A DNA stretch of 64,000 bases. Origin: the human T2T-CHM13v2.0 reference genome, Homo sapiens. Shown here piece after piece: positions 24,221-44,388 of the stretch; the stretch's first letter is position 1; every line of letters starts with the position of its first letter. The stretch lies in assembly GCF_009914755.1 (NCBI RefSeq), contig NC_060925.1; one strand, 5' to 3'. Position numbers and translations under genes: made by a program. Under the pieces are notes generated by a model. That model saw only the letters and a list, made by a program, of their open reading frames with translations, did not search any database and was not told the DNA's origin.

Positions 24221-26695
24221 ATCGGGACAACTTAATATGTATTTTTTCTTCTGCTTCTTGAAATATATGCAAATTTTTTTTACCAGCTAAATAAATTTGA
24301 ATCATTCTTTTTAACTCATGGTTGTCTTTATCTAAGACCTGGATTCTGTTGCATTGTTTTTTGTTTGTTTTTTGATTTGGCAGAAATTTATTGTTTTTAA
24401 AATTTTTAAAGTTGATTAAGAGCACGCAAAAGTTGAGCCCAAAGAATAGATCTTTCACCACATTGGTTGAATTTATTGCTAAGAAATCTATTATTTTGTT
24501 GCTATTGTAAATTAGTTTTTTTTACTGGTTTATTGCTACTCTGTATAAACAAAACTGATATTTGTATGTTAATTGTATATTCTGCTACTTTACTGAATGC
24601 ATTTATTAGTTTAAGCTATTTCTTGGTGGACTATTTATGATTTTACATATATAAGATTATGCCATCTACAAACAGTGACTTTTTTTCTTCTTTTCAATTT
24701 TGATCTTCTACGTTTTCTTGCTTAATTATCCTACGTAGGACTTCCAGTTCTATGTTCAAATAGAACCATTAGAATGGTCATAATATAGACTTGCATTGGT
24801 GTTTGTGCATTTGGAGGAGCAAACACCTCTTTTCATTTTTATGAACTGGTTTCAGTAGGTAAAGATCTTCATCTTTTGGGTCTCAAGCCTGATGAGATCT
24901 TTTCTGGGCTTGCAGTAAAAAGGGTTGTAGCTGGGTCACAAAGTTGCTGCCAAATCTGGAGTGGGTTTTACCTTTAGTGGGCTTATTACCAGGAGCACAT
25001 GTGGTTGTGAGTCCTATCATGTTTTTGGGCAGACTGGATTGTCTTCAGGGCTTTCTGTGGAGCAGGCACTAGGGCAGGGTTCTGCTATATGGTGGGCCTA
25101 ATACCAGATGCGTGGATGAGTGTGGCTCCCACTGAGTACCTAGCAAGGTTTCCCCAGGTTATCTACAAACAGTGACTTTTGAACTGTTTTGTGTGGGTCA
25201 CTAGTATGATGCCCTCAGCTTTTTTCTTATTCCTCATGATTGGTTTAGCCATTCAGTATTTCTTGTAGTTCTATGTACATTGTAGGCTTGCCTTTTCTGT
25301 TACTGTGAAAAGTGGCACAGGAGTTGTGATAGGGATTTGAGTTAACTTACAGATTGCTTTGGATAATATGACACTTCATTAATCAAAGGGCCTGTCTTCT
25401 CAAAGTGACTCTTCTTGATCTTGGGTTTTAGCACAGTTTCCTAATGCCCTGTATCCCAAAGCTCACTATACTGTCCAGGCTGTTCTTGAACTCCTGGCCT
25501 GAAGCAGCCCTCCTGCCTCAGTCTTCTGAATGGAGGGGATTACTGTCATGAGCCACTGTGCCTGGCTCTCTCATAAAGTTACTTTGGTTAATGGATGGCT
25601 GACTAGTTTTTTTTTTTTTACTGCAAGGGAATATAAAAGTAGGGAACTCCTATTCCATCATCTTGATAATGTCACTGTCTCCATACATTTCTGCCTTATT
25701 TTGTTCTCCTGTATGTTTGTGTGTTATTTTAGGTTCAGACATTAAGAACAACATGGTAGAATTTATACATTGTGTAAAAAGTAAATTAGATAGCTAGTAG
25801 GTACTCTATATATATTATAATATTCACCTGTAAGATTAAGTTTAGTGCAGACAAAAGGGCTCATTAAGATTTTCATCCACTTTTTTCAACCTCTGTCCAA
25901 ACTATAATATAGTTTATGCCCAAATTTTTATTTTATCAGTTACTCTTAACCATATTTCACAAAATTTGTATTTTTTAAATTTAGAAATGTGAGGCTATTA
26001 TTTGCTTTTAAAGGCTGTATTACAGGTTATTTATTTTGTAAAATAATAGTATCAATGTATTAGTAATATAAATAGTTATTTGTAGTGTAAATACTTATTC
26101 ATTAAAATTTTGACATTAGAGAATTTTATTAATTATTGTAGCGCATTTTCTGTAAAATTGTACTGCCATACACCACAGGGCAATGATTCAGAATGCCTGG
26201 TCTTCATAGATGCACAGTCACATATGAACATGGTAGTTATTTAGAAAAATTCTTTTCTAGTGTTGTATCCATGTTCCAAACAAGATTTTATGGGTAAATG
26301 TTTCTCTCATTCTAGTTTTACAGTTCCATGTTGACTGTATTTTTATTTTAGGGTAGGTTCCTTGACATCGGTTTATTGTATTCTTGGTTTTACCTAAGCA
26401 TTATTTTGGATGACAATGTGCAGCTTTTTATGTACAGTTTATGTCAATTTGCAGTTTAATTGCAATATGAATTAGCCATATGTGTATTCACAATTCAATT
26501 TAAGTTCAACAGAGTTAATGAAAACTAAGCAAACTAATGTTACATGATAAAGCCCCAGTCAGCTGTCTTATACTTAAGCAAATACACCGAATAATAGTTT
26601 GTAGCTTTATTGCTGCTTTTGTTCAAACTATGTTTTATATCCTCTGTGACCAAGGAAATTTCTGATATTGTCCTATCAGGCTAAAGAAACAAAAA

Positions 26696-26990
26696 GCCGG
26701 GCGCGGTGGCTCATGCCTGTAATCCCAGCACTTTGAGAGGCCGAGGCAGGTGGATCACGAGGTCAGGAGATCGAGACCATCCTGGCTAACATGGTGAAAC
26801 CCCGTCTCTACTAAAAATACAAAAAATTAGCTGGATGTGGTGGCGGGTGCCTGTAGTCCCAGCTACTCAGGAGGCTGAGGCAGGAGAATGGCGTGAACCT
26901 GGGAGGCAGAGCTTGCAGTGAGCCAAGATCGCACCACTGCACTCCAGCGTGGGCAACAGAGCGAGACTCCGTCTCAAAAACAAACAAACA
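26696..26990 (+). mobile_element. AluY
   Basis: gatcgagaccatcctggctaac and gagaatggcgtgaacc diagnostics. Confidence 0.93.
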
Positions 26991-27180
26991 GACAGTGATT
27001 ATACTTTCAAGTGGCAGTTTATCCCAGATACTCCATATGTAGACAACTATGCTCATATTTGTTTGTTTTAATAAGGCTGTGGTCCAAAACCTTACGTTTT
27101 TATAGAAATTAAAGCTTTTCAGTTCCATTCTAAAGAAAGGACAGCCCCATGATCTAAATCCAAAGGTGATGGCTTAGAGT

Positions 27181-27452
27181 GAGGACCATTTCTTGTTGAC
27201 ATGGAGATGGTTGAGATGGTCTACAATAAATCTATGGGAGAAGCAGGTTGTGATGACTTGGAAGTGTTGGCTGCCTTCATGGTCTCAAAGTTCTTTGCCA
27301 AGTTCACCTCAGCAGTGCTGTACTGTTCTGCTGTCAGATTGGGAATGCTTGGCCAGTAGTGGTTCTCTGCATGGTCCAAAACTGCGGATGCTTCCTTGAT
27401 ACACTGCCTGCCAGAAATGCAATTGTAGCAAAGGAGGTCGGTAAGGGGACAG
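27181..27452 (-). pseudogene. MRPL57P2: Processed pseudogene of MRPL57 (MRP63), probably MRPL57P2
   Basis: Minus strand gives ISGRQCI..KH, AENHYWPSIPNLTAEQ and SHRFIVDHLNHLHVNKKWS versus MRPL57 IPGRQWIGKH, AENHYWLSMPYMTREQ and PHRFIADQLDHLNVTKKWS; start lost, frameshifts. Number from recall. Confidence 0.85.
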
Positions 27453-28597
27453 AAACTAGCTGGCCACTGCCTGGTGGGGAAGAGCGATGGGCACCCAATC
27501 CTAGCTCACATGCCAAGTGCCATCATCATCCCGGTACCCAGGGGTGTCTCCCATAATGTGCACTGCCTGGCCTTATGTAAATAGAGAGCTCAGCTAAGGC
27601 CTAAAGTTGTAAAGGGGCCTTTCCGGAGCCCCAAGTGTGCTGGACAACTCACTAGCCATGGAAAGAGCCTGGTTCCTTGTGGCCACAGAGAGGCAATGAT
27701 TGCTGCATGCCCACATGGCAAGGCCTTCTGGAGTCTTCTTGTGAGAGTTCAGCTCTGGCAACAGAGGACATTTCCGGTGTTAGAGATTCTCAGTGTCTGG
27801 CAGGTGGGAAACTGATTGATGGCATCTGCTGGCTTCTAGAGCACTGCCTGGCGGTCCTTATCTGTGGGCCCCAGCCAAGGCACTTCAGAAAGCTTGATCT
27901 CCGGCTAGCATTCTGGACTGCGAGACAGCCTGGCTACAGCTAGCGCTGGATGGAGAGAGTAGAGTGTGGTGAGGTGGGAACAGTGTGCATTCTGCCACGT
28001 GGCATGGGGTTTCTTGTGATTCTGAACTACCCAGGTGCGGTGACAAGAAGGCAATCAGGGAGTGGAAACAGTCCAACTCACACACATGGTTATTTATTGT
28101 CAGTAGAGAGAAGTTCATTGAAGGAGATACAGCGTGGGGGTGGTGCATTAACGTAATTCTCAGGGCTGAAAATGCCACCTTTTAATAATTTTTTTTGTAG
28201 GACCCCACAAGTGTGTCATTGTCTGTTTTTAATTCCATGTACAAACATAGTGCTCTCCTCAAATAATGAAAGTAGCACTATTATTATATTGGGAAGAGTG
28301 CGGCAGCACTTACGAATAAAAGCCCATTGACAGATTGAGCTCATAATGCATACACTAATTTATTCATGATATGATTTCAGGTCATGCATAATGTGTGCTT
28401 GTTAATAAAAATATGAATTTAAAAAATTAAACAGTTTCTCTTAAAATGCAGCTATTTTAGCATTGCTCTTTACATTATACCTAACATATATAAGGGTTTT
28501 TGACTCACACAAATGGTCCACAGTTTTAGTAAATGTCTATTTTTTCCCAGTAAACCATATTCTTAATACAAATGTTAGCACTCAGTACTGCTTTTTA

Positions 28598-35256
<6,659 letters not shown>

Positions 35257-35581
35257 TGCTGCTTTTTAAAATAAAGCAAAATTGACTTTCATTAGTCATA
35301 CTTTCACCTTTAATACTAAAGCAAATGATATAAAATTGAAGTTATTCAAACCTAAATATTTTTGACAGAAATTATATCCATATTTCTGGAAAAGCTGTTA
35401 ATGTCCTGATACACAGTGAATTTTTGTTTTCATTACTTTTGATGCCTTTATGAAACTAAGGGCTTCCTTGAGTCTCTAGTCTTTCTGTCAAGAACATTAA
35501 CATCATTCTTTTATGAGGAATGAAAGTACATGATAATTTATCTAACTTCTAAGTCTATTTTGGCCAAAAATTACCACAAAA

Positions 35582-35875
<294 letters not shown>

Positions 35876-36139
35876 TTACCACAGAAAATTGATAAATTAA
35901 TATTGCAAGAGTGATACATTTAGAGTATGGACTTCTATATAAAGGTCATGTACAATTTTCACTGGATAATTTTCAAAGTCTTCAATATGAATGCTGAAAT
36001 GAAAAAGGTTTAATAAATATGAAGAAAAGGAGGAAAAAGAATAGAAAATGTAGTATGGTTTCTTAGAAATATAAAATCCTTATATTTATTTATAATTTGT
36101 ATCCTGTCAATTGCTAAGAAAAGTATTAGGGCTTGTCAT

Positions 36140-37850
36140 TAAAATTATATTGAAGTATATTATACATATATAAATATACATAAGTTATAAGTATATAGCT
36201 TGATAAATGTTAGAAAATTCTGCAACATACCTAGGTAACTAGCCCTCAGTTCAAGAAGGAGAGCATTAAAAAGAGGAATAAAGAAAGAAAAGAAGGAAGG
36301 AAGGAAGAGAGGAAAAGAAAGAAAGGAAAAATTAAAGGAAACATGGATTACTAGAAATCTAGATGCCCTCTTGTAGTTTCTGCCTATCCACCAAGTGCAA
36401 ACATTACCCTGATTTCTAAAACCATTAAGTAGTTTTGTCTATTTATGAACTTTATGGTCATAAAATGTGTGCTCTTTATGATTGGCTTCGTTCACTCAAC
36501 ATTCTTAGTGGCGCATTGCTTCTTTTTCATCCATAATCTAATCTATCTATACTTATTGCTGTATTGTATTCCATTGTATAAAATCAACTTGTATTGTTGA
36601 TAAAATTTCGATTGTGTCTAGTTTGGGACTATTATGAATACTCTTGCTTTGAACTTTTTAGTGCATGTCTTTGTTGCCAAGGTAGTCACATTGCTGTATG
36701 CTAGAGACCTAGAAAAAGTGCTAGATTATAGGTTATGCGTATGTTCAGCTTTAGTATATACTGCCAAATGGTTTTCTAATGTGGTCCTTACAATTTACAT
36801 TTCCACCAGCAGCGCATGAGAGTTTCATTTGTTGTACACCTTGGCAAACATTTCGTATGTTTTCTTTTTTCATGTTAATTATTTTGGTGGCTATGTAACT
36901 GAACTGCATTGAGATATAATTTGCATTTCCTTGATAACTAATAAAGTTGATGTCATTTTATATGTTTAATGGCCATCTGAAGGTAATTTTTCTTAAGTAT
37001 CAGTTTAAGACTTTTGCATTGTTATATTGCATTGTCTACCTTTTTCTTATTAATTTGCAAATACTCTATACATTCTGGATACAAGTATATTGTCAGATAT
37101 ATACACACGCACACACACACACACGAATATCTTCTTCCACTCTAGTTTTTTATTTTCTTAATTTTGATAATAATTTCTTAAATTGAATGTAGTCACATCA
37201 ATTTTTCTTTTTTTCTGGTTATTTTTGTTAATTAATTTGTTATTATATATGTATATATGTGTGTATGAGATAGGTTTTACTCTGTCACCCTTGGTGAAGT
37301 GCATTGACATTGTCATAGCTGACTGTAGCCGCAAACTTCTGGACTTAAGCAATCCTTCAATCCTTCCATCTCAGCTTCCCAGGTAGCTAGGACCACAGGG
37401 GCATGCCACTTGCCCAGCTAATTTTTTTTTTTTTTTTTTTTTTTGTAGAGACGCATTCTCACTATGTTGCCCAGGCTGGTCTTGAACTCCTTCCCTCAAG
37501 TGATTCTTCTGCCTAATCCTCCCAAAGTTCTTAGATTACAGGTATGAGACACCACACCTGGTCCTGGTTTCTATTTTTAAAAGTTTTGCCAATTATAATA
37601 CATATGTCACTCTTATGTTTTCTTCTAAGAGCTTTATAATTTTAACTTTTGCATTCAGAGCTACAGTCATCTATAATCAATTTATGTGTGTGGCCTGAGA
37701 TAAGAATCAAGATCTTTTCTGTGTGTGTGTGTGAATGTCTAATAGGCTTGGCACCACTAGTGCCAGTATAAGACATTATTTACTTACTGCACTGTCAACT
37801 TTGTCATTAATAAGTTGGTCATATATATTTTGTAAAAGTAGTTCTTAAAA
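36140..37850 (-). mobile_element. Ancient L1M 3' fragments with an embedded antisense AluJ (~37267-37563)
   Basis: Degenerate L1M motifs (aatttacatttccaccagc, ttgcatttccttgataacta) plus Alu motifs. Confidence 0.7.
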
Positions 37851-38251
37851 GGATTATATTTTAGTTGAAGGTTAATTGGCAATTTCTGATAGGTAAAGTC
37901 TCTAGTTTTGTTTGTTCTGTTTATATTGCATTCTGGCTTTCTTACTTAGAAACCTAAAGCACTGGAACTGCCACTATAATAGCCTCCCTGTTAAGATTTT
38001 TAAACACTTGTTTTTATTTATTTTACTTATTATGTATCCGTTGCTCTGACTCCTTAGAAATAATAGATCCGTTGGGTCTATTATTTCTAAGTTCTATTGG
38101 TAACCTTTACATCTAATAACTGTTCACAGCATACCTGATGTCTTATTCCATGTATGATTCAGTAGACATCCAGGCAACAAATATTATATTTATGAACCCC
38201 TACTATTAATTCTTCCTTTTCTATAATGATAACTTTGCAACAATTCAATAA

Positions 38252-38467
<216 letters not shown>

Positions 38468-38469
38468 TG

Positions 38470-39000
38470 ACCACTGTCAGAATTGATGACTCATTAGAAA
38501 AACTAAAAACACTTAGAAAAACTGTTACATTTATGGCTACAATTTATTAAATAGAAAAGATACAGATTATATTTAGGGAAAAAAAAATAGGAGGTAGGAA
38601 AGCTTTCAAAGGAGACCAAGTGCATGCCTCCAGTTGTCCTGTCACAGTGGAGTCACACAAGCAGTACATAATTTTCCCAGTCATAATGTGACATGTGCAA
38701 AGTTTTGCCAAGTAGAGAAACCAACCAGAGTCTTGGTGTCCAAAGTATTTTGTTGGGATTCAATTGCATAGGCATGCATTGGGCACATGATTGGCTCTAG
38801 CTACTCAATCACCATTTCTACTGTAGAGATCAAACTAATACAGCATGGCCCAGAGACCCATGCATCCAAAAACAAGAGATTCACTTCCACTTATATGGTT
38901 AGAATCATATATCTGTTGCTGCCCAAGACCTCAAGTGAGCTAAGACAATCTTTCTTATCAGGTAGAATTTTCCAAGGTTGTGGAGGTTACCTTCTAGGGG
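38470..39000 (-). mobile_element. MER21/MER77-like LTR remnant
   Basis: Degenerate aaaactgttacatttatggctacaatttatt...agtcttggtgtccaaag resembles recalled MER21-group LTRs. Confidence 0.45.
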
Positions 39001-39509
39001 CAAGTCTAGAGCCAGTTCTGAAGACCTTTAAAATGTACATTGTTGGGGAAGTCCACACCAATTGAATTAACATTTTGTTGCAGAGCTTTATACTGTCATT
39101 GGGGCAGGATATTTTATATTGAATTATTTGTTCATTTGTCACAAGGCCTAAAGCAGTCAACAGCTCACTGTTGAATGAATACATGATTTCCAGGTACCTG
39201 TTCTCAGGCATGAAAATGTTCAAGGCTTAAATAGGAAAATTAATGACTACCTTGGTGATACAAGAACTTCCTTAAACGAACCGTTTATCCACTCTCCTCT
39301 CAAACCATTAATATTTAAAATATGCATAAATAAGCAAATATGACTATTAATTGAGATGAGCTAACAACTGAGAATTCTGAAAAAAACTACAGCTAGGTAT
39401 TTACCTTGCTCTATCTCCAGCTAAGGCTGATCACTTTTGGCTGTCCATGTGTGAGGAACACTATTTACAAATTACATGTCAAACATGTTAAAAAATATTC
39501 CATGATACT

Positions 39510-39928
39510 TGTTAAAGCATAATGAGAAACACTTTATTCAGAATAATAAGATGGGTATAGACACCACTGCAGTAAGATTTTGTAGTTGGGGAGAAAGATT
39601 GTGCTCAACTCTAAATACAGACAGTATGGGTAAGTAAGAACTTATAGCCAAGGAGCAGGCTAAGGGTTGATGGGTGAAAACTTACTAAGAGGAAACAAGG
39701 ATGAGGGGTATTCTGGTTAAAGTGACCAAACCAATTCTTGCTGGGGACAGCCAGGGTGATCAGACTTGTGCGATGGCGGACAGTGAGAAACCTTATGAAA
39801 CATTGAGGCTGATCAGATATTAAGGATGAAGTGTTCTTGCTAAACTGACTTTTCAAGGTAATTTGCTACAACTGAATTTTACAAGAAAGTTTATAGATGG
39901 GCCTAGAGTAAGGTACAGAAGTCTGACA
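39510..39928 (-). mobile_element. Old ERV1 LTR (MER31/MER67-like); its paralog in copy A (4970-5034) is cut off by the L1
   Basis: tgttaaag...ctttattca...aagtctgaca termini; family assignment tentative. Confidence 0.55.
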
Positions 39929-40995
39929 ACAGCAATAACAGAACAGGAGTCACTCTGAGAGAGACTTGAAACTAGGACCTAGAATTTGAATTACTTGCTT
40001 GATAAAGAAGAGACAAATTTTTTCTATTATGTTTTACTTGAAAATGTGATTTAAGACTGTAGAGTAGTAGAAGATGAGAAAAGGAGACAGAGCCTGCATC
40101 CATGACAAGGAGATGGCCAGTTAATCGTTTTCTGTCTAGATCTGTTATGTTAAACATGGGCTCGTGGACATCTGAGCTGAATTATGCATGGTCAGTGGAG
40201 CAAAACTATTGGAGGTGCCAAAGGTAGCATAGCTGAAAAAACAGGTATCTTTGGGTAAATTTAGTCCCAATTAAGTAGGAAACGAATTAAAGTAATACAT
40301 ATCTATGAACCTTAAATGGCTAATAAGTGAATATATAAATTAATTTTGTGGAGAAATCAGGCAAACTGAGAAAGTATACATTAAACAGAAAATGTTAGAA
40401 ATAGAAAACAAAATGCTTAAAGATCTTGGCCGGGCACGGTGGCACACACCTGTAATCCCAGCACTTTGGGAAGCTGAGGTGGGCAGATCACGAGGTCAAG
40501 AGATCGAGACCATACTGGCCAACATGTTGAAACCCCGTCTCTACTAAAAATTCAAAAATTAGCTGGATGTGGTGGCACATGCCTTTAGTCCTAGCTACTC
40601 AGGAGGCTGAGGCAAGAGAATCGCTTGAACCTGGGAGGTGGTTGGTGGTTGCAGTGAGCTGAGATCACACCACTGCACTCCAGCCTGGTGACAGAGTGAG
40701 ATTCAGTCCCCCCAAAAAAAAACAAAAATGTGTATTCTCTAGACGTTTAAAAAATCCTCTCTCAAATCTAGAGCCAACAACTAATGAAACATAGGTTTCA
40801 GTGACCACTTAAGACAAAGAATAGAGCTTTAAAAATAAACAGAAATGATCACTAAATAAGTTACCACAACTCACAGCAAACAGCCACAAAGCCTAGGGAG
40901 GGAGGAGAATTTGATTTCCAGATTTACTACAGTATGGTATTCAACATGTCCACTTTTCAGCAATAAAAAATGATGAGCCAGGCAAGATGATTTGC
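39862..40995. repeat. Inverted duplication, copy B
   Basis: Reverse complement of 3250-5034, lacking ~3525-4472, where an Alu sits instead. Confidence 0.93.
40428..40725 (+). mobile_element. AluSc-like element without TSD
   Basis: ggccgggcacggtggc...gaggtcaagagatcgagacc; flanks aaagatctt and aaaatgtgta are not duplicated. Confidence 0.92.
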
Positions 40996-41160
40996 GCTAC
41001 AGGTCCCAGATAACTCAGGAGGCTGAGATGGAAGAATTGTTTAAGCCTAGGCATTTCAGTGCCCTATGATTGAGTCTGTGAATAACCACTGTACTGCAGA
41101 CTGGGCAACATAGGAAGACCCCATCTCCAAAAAATAAAATAAATAAGCAAATAAAAAAAT
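40976..41160 (+). mobile_element. Alu monomer (FAM/FLAM-like), followed by old L1M ORF1-like remnant to ~41600
   Basis: gccaggcaagatg...caggaggctgagatgg...actgggcaacataggaagaccccatctc plus A-rich tail. Confidence 0.75.
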
Positions 41161-42751
41161 AATTAGTCATTCAAATGAACAACAAAATATTATTCACAGG
41201 AAAATACTAATGAATTAACAGAAACTGTCTTAGGAAGCACAGACGTAATATTTATTAAACTAAGCCTTTAAATCAACTTTCATAAGCATGTTTTAAAAGC
41301 CTAAAGAAAAATGAACAAAAAGTAAAGCAAGTGAGTAAAACAATGTTCCACCAAATAGAATATATCACTAAACAAATAGGGATTTTAAAAAAGTCAACCA
41401 AATAGAAATTCTAGAACAAAAGTATCCTAACTGAAATAAAAAATTTACTAGAGGGCTTTAACGGAGCACTTGAGCAAGCAGATAAACGAATTGATAAACT
41501 TAAAAATAAGTAACTAAGAGTCTGCTAAAAAGTAAGCACAAAAGAAAAAGGTAAGGCAGAAGTTTAGAAACAAAACTTTCAAAATCTCTGATTATCACCA
41601 ACATTTAAACTCTGCTTGCAAGCACCACTCCCTCTGTGATTCTGTGTGGTGTCCAAGGTGTTTCTTCCTTGGCATGTGAGAATATGTAGTTAATAAGCTA
41701 AAGTCAGTTTTACCAGTGCCAGGCATCATGTGTTTGGTCATATTCTTAACCCTAATAGGCAATTTTTCCCTCATCAAGGTGGTGATCAGGAGGTAGATGA
41801 AACAAAGCATTCCCTAATTACTGTGGGGCAGGAATGTAAGGGAGAGCTCCACTTACAGTCTCCCTGAATGCAAAGCCCATGGGGGTGGGGTGATAGGCTG
41901 CACCTAAATGGCAGGATGAGAATGGAAGACAGAGCCCTGTTCAGTATTTGCTTTAACAGTGCATTCAATTCAATTTGGGTTGGGAGAAGCTAGGCCTCAA
42001 TATTGCAGGGTGAGGATGAAAGAGTTCTGCTCCTAGTTTTTGTAACACTAGCACTGTGGAAAGAGAAGTGTTATGTCTTACTTGTGTGTGATGTTTGCCA
42101 GAATATGAAAAAGTGTCGTCAAGTAATCACTTTCTGCATAGGCCATCTTTATCCCATGCTTCTTTGGCTAGAGAGAGCATGTTAGATTTTTTTTTTTTTT
42201 AATTCTTTTTCAGTTGCCTTTTCCAGGTTACTGTGTTCTCTGCTACTGAACCAGGATATATAGGAGGCAAAACAAAACAAAACAAAACAAAACAAAAGAC
42301 ATACCCAGGGCAGTAGCCGTTAAACCACTCCTGCTGTTCCAAGTTAGTCTGCCTTCTTTTCTGTACTTTCAGAGTCTTTAGACTGATGCTTTATAAGTTT
42401 TTACAAGCCCATTGCTATAATTTTTGAGAATAGAATAGAGTTTGCTTATCCTATCTTGTCTAGAACCAAAAGTTTCAACTTTTGGTGTGTCAAGAACATT
42501 TTGAGATATTTAAATCCATTTTATCTTGTATTTCCTGCATTAAGCAGTAGCCTGTCAGTTCTTACACCTTCTAAACTGCTGCAGACTCCTGAAATTTTGG
42601 GTATCATCACTGCATTTACAAAGTGCATGATGCAGCCAAAGATGTTAGGGGAAGTTATGGGTAAAATTTGGAGCTTCTCCTCCATGCCTTCTTATCTGGA
42701 ACATCTCTCTACATTTTAGCCACTGTGGAAACCCTGAAATTCACCCTTTCC

Positions 42752-44388
42752 TTTTTTTTTTTTTTTTTCAAGACTTTAAAAAAAATTCAGGGGTACATGT
42801 GCAGGATGTGTAGGTTTGTTGCATAGATGTGTGCCATAGTGGTTTACTGCACAGATCATCCCATCACTTAGGTATTAAGCCCAGCATCCATTAGCTATTC
42901 TTTCTGATGTTTTCCCTCCCCCCAGCCCCCCAACAGGTGCCCAGTGTGTGTTGTTCCCCCAACATGTTCATGTTTTCTCATCAATTAGCTCCCACTTATA
43001 AGTGAGAACCTGCAATGTTTGGTTTTCTGTTTCTACATTAGTTTGCTGAGAATAATGGTTTCCAACTCCATCCGTGTCCCTGCAAAGGACATGATCTCAT
43101 TCCTTTTTATGGCTGCATAGTATTCCATGGTGTGCATGTACTATATTTTCTTTATCCAGTCTATCATTGATGGGCATTTAGGTTGATTCTATGACTTTGC
43201 TATTGTAAATAGTACTACAGTGAACATACATGTGCATGTATCTTTATAAAAGAATGATTTATATTCTTTTGGGTGTACATCTGGTAATGGGATTGTTGAG
43301 TCAAGTGGTATTTCTGCCCCTGGGTCTTTGAGGAATCGCCACACTGTATTCCACAATGGTTGAACTAATTACACTCCCACCAACAGTGTAAAAGTGCTTC
43401 TTTTTCTCCACAACCTCACCAGCATCTGTTGTTTTTTTTACTTTTTTTTTTTGGAAACACAGTCTCACTCTGTCACCAGGCTGGAATATAATGGCATGAT
43501 GTCAACTCAATGCAACCTCCACCTCCTGTGTTCAAGTGATTTTCATGCCTCAACCTCCTGAGTAGCTGGGATTACATGGTGGCATGCACCACCATGCCCA
43601 GCTATTTTTTTCTATTTTTTAATAGAGGCAAGGTTTCACTTGTTGGCCAGGCTGGTCTTGAACTCCTGGCCTCAAGTGATCCACCTGCCTCGGCCTCCCA
43701 AAGTGCTGGGATTACAGGTGTAAGCCACTGCCCCCAGACTGTTTTTTGACTTTTTAATAGCCATTTTGATTGGCATGAGATGGTATCTCACTGTGGTTTT
43801 CATTTGCATTTTTCTCATGATCAGTGATGTTAAGCTTTTTTTTTTTTCATATGTTTATTGGCTGCATGTATGTCTTCTTTTGAGAAGTGTCTGTTCATGT
43901 CCTTTGCCCACTTTTTAATAGGGTTGTTTTTTTCTTGTAGATTTGTTTACATTCCTTGTAGACTCTGAATATTGGACCTTTGTCAGATGGATAGATTTCA
44001 AAAATTTTCTCCCATTCTGTAGGTTGTCTGTTCACTCTGATGATCATTTCTTTTGCCGTGCAGAAGCTCTTTAGTTTAATTAGATCCCATTTGCCAATTT
44101 TTGCTTTTGTTGCAATTGCTTTTGGCATTTTCATCATGAAAACTTTGCCTGTGCCTATGTGCTGAATGGTACTACCTAGATTTTCTTCTAGGGTTTTTAT
44201 AGTTTTGGGTTTTACAAATGTAAAAGTCTTTAATCCATCTTGAGTTAATTTTTGTGTATGGTATAAGGAAGGGATCCAGTTTCAACTTTCTGCATATGGC
44301 TAGCCAGTTATCTTAGCCCCATTTATTAAATAGGGAATCTTTTCCCAATTGCTTGATTTTGTTAGGTTTGTCGAGGATCAAATGGCTG
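42752..44388 (-). mobile_element. 5'-truncated L1 (L1PA11-13-like) containing an Alu (43442-43738); resumes at 51590-51615 after the provirus
   Basis: Poly-T, L1 3'UTR, ORF2 fragment 43895-44137; gatcaaatggctg|...|taggtgtgcagtcttatttctg is contiguous L1 sequence. Confidence 0.92.
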
